A DNA stretch of 64,000 nucleotides from positions 3,038,001-3,102,000 of the forward strand of contig OX337238.1 of assembly GCA_946965045.2 (NCBI GenBank). The letters run 5' to 3'. The number at the start of each line of letters is the position of its first letter. Positions within the stretch are counted from its first letter, which is position 1. Position numbers and translations under genes: made by a program. The notes beneath the pieces are model-generated. The model saw nothing but the letters and a program-made list of their open reading frames with translations, was not told the DNA's origin and did not search any database. Positions 1 through 12,310 of the stretch are shown one piece after another. This DNA is from Epithemia pelagica (taxonomy: Eukaryota; Protista; Bacillariophyta).

Positions 1-778
1 TTTCATCGCTCGCCCCGGTAACTCTGACAATCATGCGTGACGATCCCCATTCCGTGTCCAGTCCCTGTGCTTGAAACACTTGATTCACCTCGTTCCGAAA
101 ATCCTGGTCATTGGCATACGCAAATGCATCATCATTTTTCACTAGTTCCAACATATTTTGGGGGTTGTGATGCCGAATGTCGTAGGCATCATGAACATCT
201 TGACAGAACAAAAGACGGCTTCTTGAATACGGTTTTTTCTCATATGCTTTCTCGGACGTTTTCACCAATTTTTGGAGAACTTGGAGGATTCGCAGATATC
301 GCTGAGCCCTCTTTTTCGTGGGAACGTCTTTCACTTGGGATAAGTCCACGGTGTCGGAGGAGATACAATCCCGTTTGATCAACCCTAGATAGTCCAGCAC
401 TGGCAAGAGGTCTCGCAATTCCACGCCACGCTCCGGAAGCGTAATCGTGTGAGTGACACTGTCGTCATTGTTGTTTTCGTTGTTACTGTTGTGGTTGTTC
501 CGGGGATCTTTATACATGAGTTCTATTGTTGGAATCATCGCAAAGGACCACTCCCCCAAATCCGTCACGTGTACTTGAATGGGGAGGCAGTACATGGATC
601 CATGCTTCGGATGAGTCTTCCACACGTCCGATGCCATGGTACTGAGCAAAGATTCCCTCTTTTTCTGGAGATCTGTTTCGTCTAGCACTAGTCTATCATT
701 GTAGGATGCCGAGTTTGTGTCTGGATTGTCGTCACTATCATCGACAAACTGGAAGTGAACTTTTGCCGTCGTTGTCAT
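1..778 (-). CDS. BTB/POZ-like small protein, copy 1 (3' end runs off the window)
   Basis: ATG at 778. Minus-strand translation MTTTAKVHFQFVDDSD...RLVLDETDLQKKRESLLSTMASDVWKT...ELRDLLPVLDYLGL is colinear with 11411-12310. It is absent from the ORF track because there is no stop inside the window. The BTB call rests on a loose resemblance only. Confidence 0.7.
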   Translation of the reverse strand, partial: MTTTAKVHFQFVDDSDDNPDTNSASYNDRLVLDETDLQKKRESLLSTMASDVWKTHPKHGSMYCLPIQVHVTDLGEWSFAMIPTIELMYKDPRNNHNSNNENNNDDSVTHTITLPERGVELRDLLPVLDYLGLIKRDCISSDTVDLSQVKDVPTKKRAQRYLRILQVLQKLVKTSEKAYEKKPYSRSRLLFCQDVHDAYDIRHHNPQNMLELVKNDDAFAYANDQDFRNEVNQVFQAQGLDTEWGSSRMIVRVTGASDE

Positions 779-1181
779 GGTGGTTCGCTCGGTTCCCGTT
801 TTCGATATTTTTTAAAACCGCGACTGACTTTTTAGCGCTATGTCCAGCGAGTCTAAGTTAGGGGGTGCCCCTCCTTATAAGTTTCATATCTTTCATCGCT
901 CTATCCACCCCCCCAAGATAACTTCTCTCTCTAAGCGAAGACGAATACGAACAGTCACCATGAGATGTGGACACTAGAATCAAAAGAGCATTTTTACTTT
1001 GGTGTACTACTATAATATGAAGGCTATCATGAATCCAAACATTTGTTTTGAGGCCGTCATTTGATCACAGCTCCTGCTCTCAGGCTCGTCAGCTACAGAT
1101 CGTGCGTCTACAAAGTCGACAAGTATGCCAGTTGGTTTGTTTTGGTCCACCGTGGTAGTCGACACCCATTTCAGCGCATTT

Positions 1182-4100
1182 TTACGAGTCGCCTGCATTT
1201 TCTTTGTCAGCGTGTTTTCTTTCAAGCTCCTTGTCGTATTTTTGTTTTGATTTCCAATTGCATAGCGTGTTCCGGGCCTCTAACAGGAGCCGAAAGATAA
1301 CGGCAGAATCCTCTTGGTTACGTTTGTCTGGGTGAAAAATCTTGGAAAGCTCGCTGAATTTGCTGCGAATAGTTTTGGCCGACGCATCCGGCGCAACACC
1401 CAAAATATCATAGTGAGTTGCATCTTCGCGGTAAAATACTGCCACATCATCTTGGGGATTGGTCTTGAATTCCAACAACAACTGGCTTGTCTTTGTTCGC
1501 GCATCATGATCTCGTGTGAAATGATCTCTACGACGACTTTCTCGCTCCTCTAGATACTTTTGCTTCACGTCATTGCTCTCAAAGGCAGTTTTGGTTCGCT
1601 TAATGCCATTCATTTCTTCCAAATACTGAAATATTTCTGAACGACTGGCCGACCCATTTGCCAATGCCTCTCGAAATGCAATAGTACGGTAGTGATCTCG
1701 TTCAGCCCGTCGGACAGTTTCTCTATCCGTACGCAGCTTTCGTCCATACATTTTCTTGCGTCGTTTGTCCAAAAACGAATACAGCTTTCTGGATCTTCGC
1801 ATCTCATCCATTTTATCACTGGTCACATCAAGTTCTTTCCCAAGTTGTTCGCCATTCAGTACCATGCTGTTGGAGGATGCAACACTGAGAGTCCACTCGA
1901 CATTCAACTTGATAGCTGCTAAAACCTGAAAACTTACCTGAAACTTCCATCCTTTCCCTGACGTGCACATCGACCTTTGATTTGCACTTCCTCCGATAAA
2001 TCTGTTGAGAAGAAAGCCTGAATGACGTGGGCCCCACCAGCTTCAAGCATCTCCATGTCGTAGTTCTTGAAATCGGTACCACGGCCGTACTCGCGAATCA
2101 TGAGTGTGATGGCATCTCTGCGCGTTGCTTTTCTGAATGAAGATGTTTTTTCAGTCGGGGAAGTTGCTTCCGTGATAACTTGAGTGACTTTGCGCAACGG
2201 TTCCATCACCGATGAGTCGAAGAACCGTAGAAGCGTTGCTCTGGAATCAAAGAAGATCAAGATACTCCGGTTGATGCTTCTGTTGCCATTCCATGGCAAT
2301 TGTCGCCTGTCAATTTCGTTCTTGATCTCCAAGAAATGATCATCTTCTGTGTCGCACAGACACACGTCTAACAACGAGACACATTTTTATGAGTCGGATC
2401 AGGGAGCATACAAACTTCCACTAGAAATGTCGATGACGTACCATGTTCTGAATCCCCCGCAAATTTCAGTTTGTTGTTGCCGTATACCGATGGAACGTAT
2501 GAGTACTTCTCAATCCCGTAATCAGTTTCAAGTACATTTTTCTCTTCTAACCTTAGGTCTTTAAGCGTACCTGAAACACCAAGAATTACGTCAAATAGGA
2601 ACGGAACTTCAGCATATGAGATCGTCCCAATTCCGATTCGAAGGTTCATGCGACTTTCGACCTGTTCAGAAGAAACATTGCCCTTCTCGGCTTCCTTCAT
2701 GTAAGTGAACAGCGTTTTGTAGCTGTAGGAATACCTTGTCGTTGTTCCGTCAAAGTATTTGTAATGGATCCTCCCATCAATTATGTTGTACGATTTATGT
2801 TTTTCTCCTTTCCCGACTGATACCGCATCTTTGATTATTCGTTTAAGTTGAAGCTTGGCAATCTCTTGCGCATCCGGCGAAATGTTCTTTAAGACCTCGC
2901 GGGCTTCCTCTGAAGCCAAGAGTTCACTCTTCTCTTTTGTCTCCCGATTTTCCCCAAAGAATTTGAATAAATCTTTGATCTCTTTGCCTTTTTCTCCATC
3001 CGCGCCCAAACGCAACTTCGAATGGAAAGTATCACCATAAACTTCAGGAGAGAACAACACGTCAGCTTCGTCGAGAAGGAGTACCCTTAGTCGCCTTGGG
3101 CCGGATTCTGATCTCCTGGTTTGAGAGTCTTCAACTACACCGCTTGATCTCTGAACATGCCTCTTGACGATGTCTCTTACTTGATCATCAGGACGAGCAG
3201 CAAAACCAAGATCCATTAAAGTCGAATAGGAGATCAGACTGCTTACTCCGAAGGCTTCAAACATACACTTGAAATCATGATAATCCCGGTTGCTCAGGAA
3301 TGCGCTGTAACAAGCACATACGACTTCACAGTTGAACATCGCAAGGACGATCGAAACCACACCAAGAACGATTGACTTTCCTTCTCCTGTCTTGATCTCG
3401 ACCAAGTGGCTCTCGAGATTTTGAAAGTTCTTGGAAGATGAGTTAAGCATGAGAAGAATTGCCACGACCTGCGCTGGGTGAGGTCGAAGAAGGTATTTCG
3501 AACTGTTGTCACGTGCAACTGAAAGAGTGTCGCTTTTGCTTAACGTCCAATACGCAAAGACGTTGGCGACCATCTTACACAGTTGAGTTTCGTATCGAAT
3601 AGAAAAATCAACAGCTGTGCTCCGCGTTGCCATAACGATATCATCAAGACATTCTTCCATTTTTGAGTGATCCGTATGCACTGGAATATAGTCCAATATG
3701 ATTTGTTCGTAGTTTGTGCTGAAACAAGCGTATGAATGCTTGAGATCCGACTTTATGTTCTCTGGCATCTGGATCCTCTCAACAACGTAGTCGATTGTCT
3801 GTTTCGCTGTCGCACGGTTGAAGATGGCGTTCTGCCCGCCCTCAAAACAGTTGTGATCAAGCAGCAATTGCCTTGCAAAGGTCGCGTCCTCTCCTTCCAC
3901 AGTATTTATCAGGAGAAAGAGATCGAGCAGAAACTTCCCTCGATCGCTAGCGGCTTGCGACGACTTCAAAATCATCTCATCGATCATGACGTTAATCCGT
4001 CCACTCCAACATGGAATCTGAAAGCTTGCCTTTTTCATGAGAATGGATTTTGACGAAACGGAAGACGGGAGAGTTTCAGTCATCCGGAGGATCTCGTGGA

Positions 4101-7100
4101 GTTTTGCTTCGAATGTTCGTGATGCATTTTCAAAATGGCCGTAGGCATTCGATGCAACTTCCGTGTCAACCGGAAAGAAGGCATCAGCGATGCATTCTAG
4201 ATGCAACAGACAAGAGTGAATTCTCGGAAATTCAACATGGTAATTGGGAAATGAATCAAGCAATTTATTCAAATGACTTGCAACGTTTCCAGACTCTCGC
4301 TTAACTTTGCTGGAAGCTTCGGCTCGTATGCGAATGATCTCATCTTTGTCCATGTGATCTTCTAGCTTGATAAGTAGTTTTGCCTTTTGAACTGTTTCCG
4401 CTACATCCATACAAACGACAAAAATAGAATGTTCGATGACGTCCACAGCTGATGTGTGGAAGGAAATCTTCTGGATTTTCTCACGAATGATGGCAATGAG
4501 ACCCTCTGCATCATATACCAGGTCGTCGTACTTGGGGAACAAAGCTATGCTCTTCTGAAGTCGCTGTGCACAGTGCCCTTTAGGTAGGAATATGACAAGA
4601 AAACCATCAAAAGCAGAAAGCGATGGTGAGCAGCGCCAAATATCGAGGAGCACTGCCAGATCTGGAATATTCATTTGATCAACTAGAACTTTCGGGTGAG
4701 CTGCAACATTGTCAATCGTGCATCGTAGACTCTCAATGGCATTTTCCAGGCCGTCTGAGAGATGACCATATTCTTGATGTTCCAGTATATGTCTTGCAAG
4801 ACACGGTAAGTTGACCTGTACTCGTATGAAAGCCAGCAAGAGTCGCAGTTGGCCAGAAAGAGTCTTCAGAACCGATTTTGCCGCAGTCAATGAATCTTCC
4901 GATGTGTCGAGAACCCAGGTAATTCTTGAGACACAGTTTAAAAGAACCTGTTGAAATCGTGAAGCGAGACTCTGCATGTGTTGTGCAAGTTCCTGGCTTC
5001 CCTTCTTATTGTTAAACCAAAAATAGTTGGCAAATCGTTGAAGAAAATTCATGTTTGTTGCCTTCGCATTATCAGCCAGTTTCTGCCAAGATGGCCAATT
5101 ATGTGGTTTCGCCACCTCGTCAAGAACCTCAGAACAACGGGACGCATCTCCTTCTGCAAGTTCATCCACAAATGTACTACATATAGTGGTCGCCTGACTG
5201 ATTTCTCGGACCAACTTTGCGGCCTCCGATTTCAAGTTCTTCGACAGATCCCTAGCCGATGCTTGAATTGCATGTAAGTCCTTTCTTTCCTCATCCATAC
5301 TCTCTTGAAACCTAGGGGTCCAATTGTCAATTCTTTCGAACACCCTTTCAACATGAGAAAGATGCTTCAGGAGACTTGTCACACTATTCTCGGCCGTGCT
5401 AGGGTCCTGGTCAGTGTCGTCTCTTATTTCAGAAAGCGTCTTTTCTCCCTCCTTTGTCGCTCGTCGAAGATTTTGAATTAGCGCACTCTCAAACGAGAGG
5501 ATAACCTCAGGTAGACCGTCGATTCCCTTGATTTTATCGAAGCCCGTGGTGTCCAACCGTTCTCGTACAACAATCAGAAGGAGACGATGCTCTTCTAACT
5601 TCACAAGGAAAGAGTTCGAAGGAAGATTGTGACAATCCATTTCACGAGAAACCTTTTCCAGGGCCAACTTTGACGAGCATAGCTTCTTCTCTAGCATCCC
5701 AAGGAGCTGCTGGTGTCGCTTGACCAGCCAATCACTTTGCTGGGTGTTTTGTCGATGAAGCATAAGCTGAGAATGAAACGCGGTGACAGAGGGGGCCAAA
5801 TCTCCAATGAATGCAAGGCAATCACAAAAACGTGGAAAGGCGCACGGCCCTAATTCAAGGAAGCTACGTGCCGTTTTTGCCATTGTCCCCGCCAGCGATG
5901 AGAACCGAGTAAACACTTCACGACTTATTCGAACACCAGCTTCAGAACCACAGCAATCCCTGAATCTCTGAAGTGCATCCTTCATTCGAAGCAATGAGAT
6001 TTTGATTGCCGTTTTTTTCGCAAAAATGGTTTCCAAATCGCCACTGTTCTTTGGATGGATGTTAAGATCAAGAATTTCCTTTCCAATACAGCGAAACATG
6101 GCTTCGACAGAGTCCTCGTAAATGGCTTTAAAATCGACGTGACACAATATTGTCAATTCTTGCATCGCTTCGAGGACATAAAGATTCTGTTTAAAACTGG
6201 CAATCGTCTTAGTAAACAATGCATGGGTGCCATCAGATGCACCGAGTTCTACCACGTGTCGATTCAGCACGTCGGCGATACGACGAACTTCAAGACGAAA
6301 TTTATCTTGAGCTTCTTTCCAGGTATCAGCTTCTTCCTCGAGAACAGATGCAATATCTTTGAGAATTCTCATTCGGGTCATGACAGCGTTGTAATTCTGA
6401 CAGGTGAAGTCTAGTTTGAGAAGTTTCAGGTTCATGGTGAGTTGGTTCTGAAGTAGACTCAATACTGCATGTGGAAAAGGGGGCGAAAAGAAATTTTTTG
6501 GGTCCCCAAGTCCACCAACATCATCAACAAGATGAGTCAAAATGCTTGAACGCGATGACTCATGTCCTTGGTTCGACGAAAGAGATACTATGGGAGCGTT
6601 GGGCGTCGTTTTCTGGACCATATCCGTCAAGAGAGGCTTGAGCCAGCTGTCGGCTGAGTCCAGATCTTGAAGTAATTTGCCCATCCTTTTGCCAATACGT
6701 GTCGAGTCTCTCTGATCCACACTCTTGGTGAACAGATAGTGAAATGCCTCAAAGTCTTTACAGTTGCAACCCGTCATTCGAGTAATCGTTTTCATGGTTT
6801 CCTTCAACCCTTGAAACCGATCACCCAGAGAGTCACAGCTAATGACCACGACTGGTCGTACCGACCTGGCACTCTGAAGGGCACGACATAGGCCCATTGC
6901 GTTGACAATTTCCATGACAGGGCCAGCCGAGTCTCCAAAACCAGGCGAATCGCACACAACAATTGTTTTTCCACATTCGAGTTTTACAGGAAAAGACTGA
7001 ATGGTTCTTGTAACAGAAGTTCCCCCACACCCAGTTCGGAAGGCCTTGAGTTCTTCGGAGGGGAACTGACATGGTTCGTAATGGTCCGACCCATCAACTT

Positions 7101-7969
7101 CTTGCTCCGCAAACTCGACACCAGCCAAGCGGAGCAGCGTGGTAGTTTTCCCGCTTCCGGAACTTCCAATCAACAAAACAATATCTTGGCCTTCAATGCT
7201 CGAGGCTTCGGTCTGACTTTGTTTCAACAGTTTGTATAGCTCGCGAAGATCTAGAGGACAGGTTTCGTGCAACAAATTCGAAATGGAATCGACAATCTCT
7301 TGTGCAAGCAATGGAGTAGGGGCTTGTAGAAAGGCATGAAGTTTTTTCATGATCATAGCCAGGACTTTAAAGGGACCTGGTAAAGAATCGACGGTACCAG
7401 GGATGCGTCGCATGCACCACTTCAGACGATCTGGGTCGCATATCTGTACTGGATCGGATACGTAATCAGTAAGAGAAGAGCAAATCTCTTGAAGGACGTC
7501 CTCCATCAACAACGCCAAGTTGTCGTCGTGTACCTTCTCAAACGAATCCGATTCACTCGTATCATTACTGGGATCCACTGGACTCTTGACCTTGAGGGGT
7601 GGTTCTTCTTTTTCTTGATCGTTCGGTCCGTTTGTGGCAATCAGGTTGTCATGAAGGTCTTTTTCGTATCTTGTTGTCGTCTACTTCTTGTCCAACGATA
7701 TCCTCATGATCACGTTCCAGTTTGTTCTCGTCTTGGTGGTAGTGGTTAACTTCCGTGGCATCCTTCTCCTTATTCAGGGTAACAATCTCCATGGCGGCAT
7801 CGTCAGGGTCGTCTTGTTTCTTCTCATCTCCAATGTCGCGTTCTTCTTCATTCCAGACGTTTTGTGTGCTTGAAACTTGCAGTTGTTGCTCGACAGCAAC
7901 TCCTTTCTTGTTGTTGCGCTGCGATTGCGCCTTTTTGCGATTCTTTTTGGACTTGTGGTTCCTTCCCAT
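1182..7969 (-). CDS. Giant P-loop GTPase + helical region + SecA-like SF2 ATPase + C-terminal DnaJ domain protein (about 2200 aa after splicing and one frameshift correction)
   Basis: Exons 7969..2442, 2367..1938 and 1866..1182; introns 2368-2441 (GTACGT..TAG) and 1867-1937 (GTAAGT..CAG) keep the frame. GTPase motifs GSSGSGKT and DSPG. SecA-type motifs TGEGKS, DEAD, GRGTD and QIKGRCARQG. J-domain with HPD. The track start at 7578 is a GTG; the ATG ORF 7969-7649 joins it by one extra base in the T5 run at 7660-7664. Confidence 0.85.
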
Positions 7970-9164
7970 GGTATGTGGTTGCTGCTCTCAATTGTTCCGA
8001 AGTTTCTTTTGTGTGAGTGGAACAACCTTTTTATGTGTGGCTCTACTCTACACTGTCCATCGACGCGGTGTTTTGAGGTGAAACACAGAAGATCTTTTTT
8101 TGGGTGGTGAATTCGCACCACACAAAAAAAGATACGCAGTCTGTGGACCACTCGTTCCTTCGACGAACGCGATCAGAACTGATCCATCCATCTTGAACAA
8201 CAGGGCCTAGCACCATCTGGTTCTTGGAGCAACAAACCCGGCAGGTGATGGTATGACATGGGTGTCTTGTCGTCGTCATGACGCGACTCGCTGTGGATTT
8301 CCTGTTAACCATGGACGGTCCTCGGCCACACTCTTGAATTGATGGTTCTCTTCCTCAGTCAAAATGTTTGTTTCGTTTGTTTTTAGAAACAAGTTTGCGA
8401 GACCCGAACAGGGACAGAGACCAAGTCTCGATTCTCCCCCTATGGTTGTGCGACCCCTCCTTCTTCTCTATTCTCTTCTGTTTTGGAATGTCGCCCAGGA
8501 CGCAAAGGCTCAGACGAAAGATACACAACAACCAGATGCCAACAAAACGATATGGTTCCTCTGTTGATTCGGACAGAGAGAGGAAGCCTCTCGGTGAAAC
8601 AACAACACCGCCGTTGTGTTGGTGTTTGCCATTGTGTTGGTGTTTGCCATGTGGATATCCACAAAGAAATGGGTTCTGTCTGTCCTCAGTGGGTCATAAT
8701 CGATCCAGGAGATACTTCGGTTTCGCTGTGGAGCAGAATGCGCAATCGTCTACCAGTTTCGGTCGTTGTCGTTCGCCATGTTCGGTTCGCCATTGCGCTG
8801 AGATCTTTTGTGCATGGTATTTTTTTACAAAGATTTGAAAGCGACTCAAGAGCGATCGGAATGGACTACTGCTCCTCATTGGGCATCGGGACATAGCCTA
8901 TTCTTAGCTCTACTGCAACAAAACAAAAAAGACAGGTCGAAAGAATGCCACTCTCAATGATATCAACTATTCTTTCTATAGTCTCACTCATTCGTCTGAT
9001 ATCGTAAATCCAACGATTTTGTGCGTGGTCGTCATAAATGAATTACGGCCCCCGCTTTGGGGCTCGTCTCTGCTGCTGCTGCTTGGGATCATTTCCAAAC
9101 GAAAAAAAAACATGTCTTCCCGCTCGACTCTATGGATACCACAACAGTCACCCCGGTACATCAG

Positions 9165-10676
9165 TTATGCAAAAAGTTTCATATAGGGGTGCATCTCGAG
9201 CATGCCATTCGGCTCTTGTGCGGTTTGTGGGTGCAGCAGGAATGCGGGACGTTGGTAGTACGACGATTGGGTCGTCCATTGCAACAAGCACGCAAAGAGT
9301 TGGGATAGTTGATCCGTCAAACCAAGGCACTGGCAAACCTTGTTGGGTGGCACTCGTGTGGTTTGAATGCTGGTGACACCACTACCCACAAGGATGAGTC
9401 CATGGTCCTTGAAGTATACCATACCACATCCGAATCGGGGGACCCGCAGTTGTGGTGCCGTCCACACTTGGTTTCGTTTCGTATCCCAAATTTGGATCCG
9501 ATTCGATTCCTGGTCGCCACTCCATGCGCCTCCTGCCATGACCAAACAGCATCCTACTCGTAAAACGGTAGCATTGCATCGATTCGCCATTCTTGTTTGG
9601 AGAACCAGGTCTGTCTGCTTGTTGTTCTGGATCCACGAGGAGGAACTGGAAAAGGTTGGCATTATGGATGGAGTACTGAGAAATCGAATACTCGTTTTCG
9701 TCGCTTTCGTACTGCTTGCAAGTAGGTTCGTTCGTTTCCTCTTTTTGCTTGACAAGTGCAGGGGTTGCGTAAAAGAAGAAGGAGGTGTTACAACCAGGGG
9801 GTCGGTCAGTTGCAGCGATTCCATGGAATTTTCTCCCACAACGTAAATCTGACGACCAACCGTAGCAATCCCACAACCAATGGGATGCACATTCAAAAAG
9901 GGTCCAGCATATAGGATTGGGCCGTTGTTGTTGTTGCTGCTGCTGCAGGTATCAATCACATGGACCGACACCAGCCAGTCCCCGACAATGACAATGTACC
10001 GATCCTGAACGACGGTTGCCGCACATGCTGCTCGGGCAATGGGCAAGCGACAAAAGCGAGTCCATGCTGCTGTGGTGTTGGTGTGGTTGGTTTGTTCTTG
10101 TTCCGCGGTCGAGGAAGGAACGTTCGTGTCTTGTCGTTCCAACATGGACCACAAGGAGGTGATTTTGAGTCGTTCCACGCAATGCAGACTCAAGTTCCGG
10201 TGGTTTTGTCCCCCAATGGTGTACACATGGTCCTTGCAAACTACAGTGGCATGATGTTTCCGGGCTTTCTCCATACGGGGACCACGTTGCCATTTCGTTT
10301 GTCCTGGTGTCCACATTAGGACGGAATTGGTGACGGTTTGTCGAGTGAGATGTACCACACCTCCCACAATCAGTATCATGGACTTGATGTCTTGGTCTTT
10401 GGATTGTGGTGCTTCCCCTTCTCGCCCTGGTCGTGAGGAAGAAGTCGGATTCAAAGGCTGTGGAATAACCAGGGAGGCATGATACATTCTGCTCCTTGGC
10501 AAAGGTGGCACTGGACCAGTCTTCCATTCTGGAGAGTCACTGTCAAACCGTAGTCCAGAGCTACGTACTTCTTCTTGTATGGTCTTTCTGCTCCATGGGT
10601 TGTTGGGAGTTTCTTCCTCCAGGAACCGTGGACCTGTCGAGGAACGGTTCATATTCCTTTCAAGTAATGTCGTCAT
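9165..10676 (-). CDS. Kelch-repeat beta-propeller protein K1 (divergent, single exon, no obvious signal peptide)
   Basis: Kelch-type blocks: ILIVGG..NSV..W..GP.M...R..HA.VV; VYTIGG; RYIVIVG; LVMAGG. First in-frame ATG at 10676. Confidence 0.85.
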   Translation of the reverse strand: MTTLLERNMNRSSTGPRFLEEETPNNPWSRKTIQEEVRSSGLRFDSDSPEWKTGPVPPLPRSRMYHASLVIPQPLNPTSSSRPGREGEAPQSKDQDIKSMILIVGGVVHLTRQTVTNSVLMWTPGQTKWQRGPRMEKARKHHATVVCKDHVYTIGGQNHRNLSLHCVERLKITSLWSMLERQDTNVPSSTAEQEQTNHTNTTAAWTRFCRLPIARAACAATVVQDRYIVIVGDWLVSVHVIDTCSSSNNNNGPILYAGPFLNVHPIGCGIATVGRQIYVVGENSMESLQLTDPLVVTPPSSFTQPLHLSSKKRKRTNLLASSTKATKTSIRFLSTPSIMPTFSSSSSWIQNNKQTDLVLQTRMANRCNATVLRVGCCLVMAGGAWSGDQESNRIQIWDTKRNQVWTAPQLRVPRFGCGMVYFKDHGLILVGSGVTSIQTTRVPPNKVCQCLGLTDQLSQLFACLLQWTTQSSYYQRPAFLLHPQTAQEPNGMLEMHPYMKLFA

Positions 10677-11410
10677 TGTTTTGTGACTGCGACTACTGCG
10701 CAAATATTACCAGAACGACAAGGGAGACGAGGACTGCTGTGATGCTTGTCCGGAACGTTCGAGAAAGAGCCATTGGGAGAAGAGGAATCATCACCATGGA
10801 TATGAAAATGGATGAGCACAGTAGAGATAAAACGATGACTGACTGTGTGACCGTCAAAAATGGAAGAGAACTCTCGCCTGGCGCGGGAACGCCGGCACAG
10901 TGGAATCTTGGAAGGACTCAGATAGGAACTGACAGAAAGTAATCAGAGTAGGTAGTACTCCTCCAGCTACTCCTAGGTAGGCAAAGGAAGGAATTCAAGG
11001 TCCACGGCCTGTAGACGAATCCAAAGTCTTTACACCTGTCATGTATCGCTTTGCACCGACTGTGAGCAAAAGTAGTTAGTCCTGTGGTCCCCATGGTTCG
11101 CCCCATCATGAATCCAACCTACCGAATCCATGTTGCAACCGAATCATCGAGACGTAGTGATACGGCATTCATCAAGCGGTTGTGCGTGTCGAATGGTATC
11201 CAAGGCAAAGATAGCTACACTTGCATCACACTACAACTGGTGCCAACAACAAACGCATAGAACAAGTCTCATTTGAATGAGTCTTTTATACTTTGGTATT
11301 TTCACGGCTCTCTTGGTTTACAACAAGCGGCTCTGTCGCAGCACAGACACGGATGGTCACTCGAATACCAATATCGCGATCCAGAGAAGAACAGGATTCC
11401 TTTTGATACC

Positions 11411-12310
11411 TTATTTCTTTCCCTCGGAGCAATTCGGGATGGAAAGATTGGATTTGGCTTTTTTCGAAGGAGGAGGACCAGGAACAATTACATCCACATG
11501 GGTGAGTGTTCCGTATTTCTCTATTTCATCGTTTGCTCCCAGAACCTTGACAACCAAGCGTGACTCTCCCCATTCCGTGCCGAGTCCCTGCCCTTGAAAC
11601 ACTTGATCAACCTCGTTCCGAAAATCCTGGTCATTGGCATACGAAAAGGCACCATCGTCTCGAAATAGGAGCAGCATTTTGTCGAGGTTATGACGCACAA
11701 TTTCATCCTCACTATGCTCGTCATGTCCAAACACAAAACGGCTTCTCATCTGCGGAATTTCTTCAATGCTCGTCTCGTACCATGCCACCAATTCTTGGAC
11801 AACTTGGAGAATTCGCAAATACCGTTTGGCCCTTATTTTTGTTGGAATGTCTTGCACTTGCGATAGGTCCACGTTCACCGAGGAGATACAATCTTGATTT
11901 ATCAAGCCTAGATAATCAAGTACTGGCAAGAGGCCTCGCAATTCTACTCCTCGCTCCGGAAGTGTGATCATGTTGCCGTTGGTAGTCTTGTTGCCGACCT
12001 TGTGCTTTTTAGCAGCATCGTCATTATCGTTGTTCCGGGGATCTGTATACATGAGTTCAATCGCTGGTATCATAGCAAAGCACCATTCGTCTAACTCCGT
12101 CATGTTTACTGGAATGGGACTGTCTTCCGTGGACCCACGCTCTGGATCAGTCTTCCATAAGTCCGATGCCATGGTACTGAGTAACGATTCCCGTTTTTGC
12201 CGGAGAGCTGTTTCGTCTAGTACCAGTCTGTCATTGTGAGATGCAGAGATCGTGTAGTGATTGCCGTCACTATCATCGACAAACTGAAAGTGAACTTTTC
12301 CCGTCGTCAT
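11411..12310 (-). CDS. BTB/POZ-like small protein, copy 2 (299 aa from ATG 12310; an upstream ATG exists at 12463)
   Basis: Open ORF. Similarity to copy 1 begins at ATG 12310 (MTTGKVHFQFVDDSD). Confidence 0.7.
   Translation of the reverse strand: MTTGKVHFQFVDDSDGNHYTISASHNDRLVLDETALRQKRESLLSTMASDLWKTDPERGSTEDSPIPVNMTELDEWCFAMIPAIELMYTDPRNNDNDDAAKKHKVGNKTTNGNMITLPERGVELRGLLPVLDYLGLINQDCISSVNVDLSQVQDIPTKIRAKRYLRILQVVQELVAWYETSIEEIPQMRSRFVFGHDEHSEDEIVRHNLDKMLLLFRDDGAFSYANDQDFRNEVDQVFQGQGLGTEWGESRLVVKVLGANDEIEKYGTLTHVDVIVPGPPPSKKAKSNLSIPNCSEGKK

Noticed and set aside
37-378. Plus-strand ORF similar to ORF 11560-11967, suggesting a conserved small gene
   Set aside because: Both are antisense shadows of the BTB-like paralogs, so the similarity follows from the duplication.
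2442-3500. Canonical plastid or bacterial SecA
   Set aside because: Only the ATPase motifs match. The protein is spliced, far longer, and fused to GTPase and J domains, so no secA symbol was assigned.
8043-9000. Cluster of overlapping short ORFs upstream of the giant ATPase gene
   Set aside because: No motifs or paralogs; consistent with intergenic sequence.
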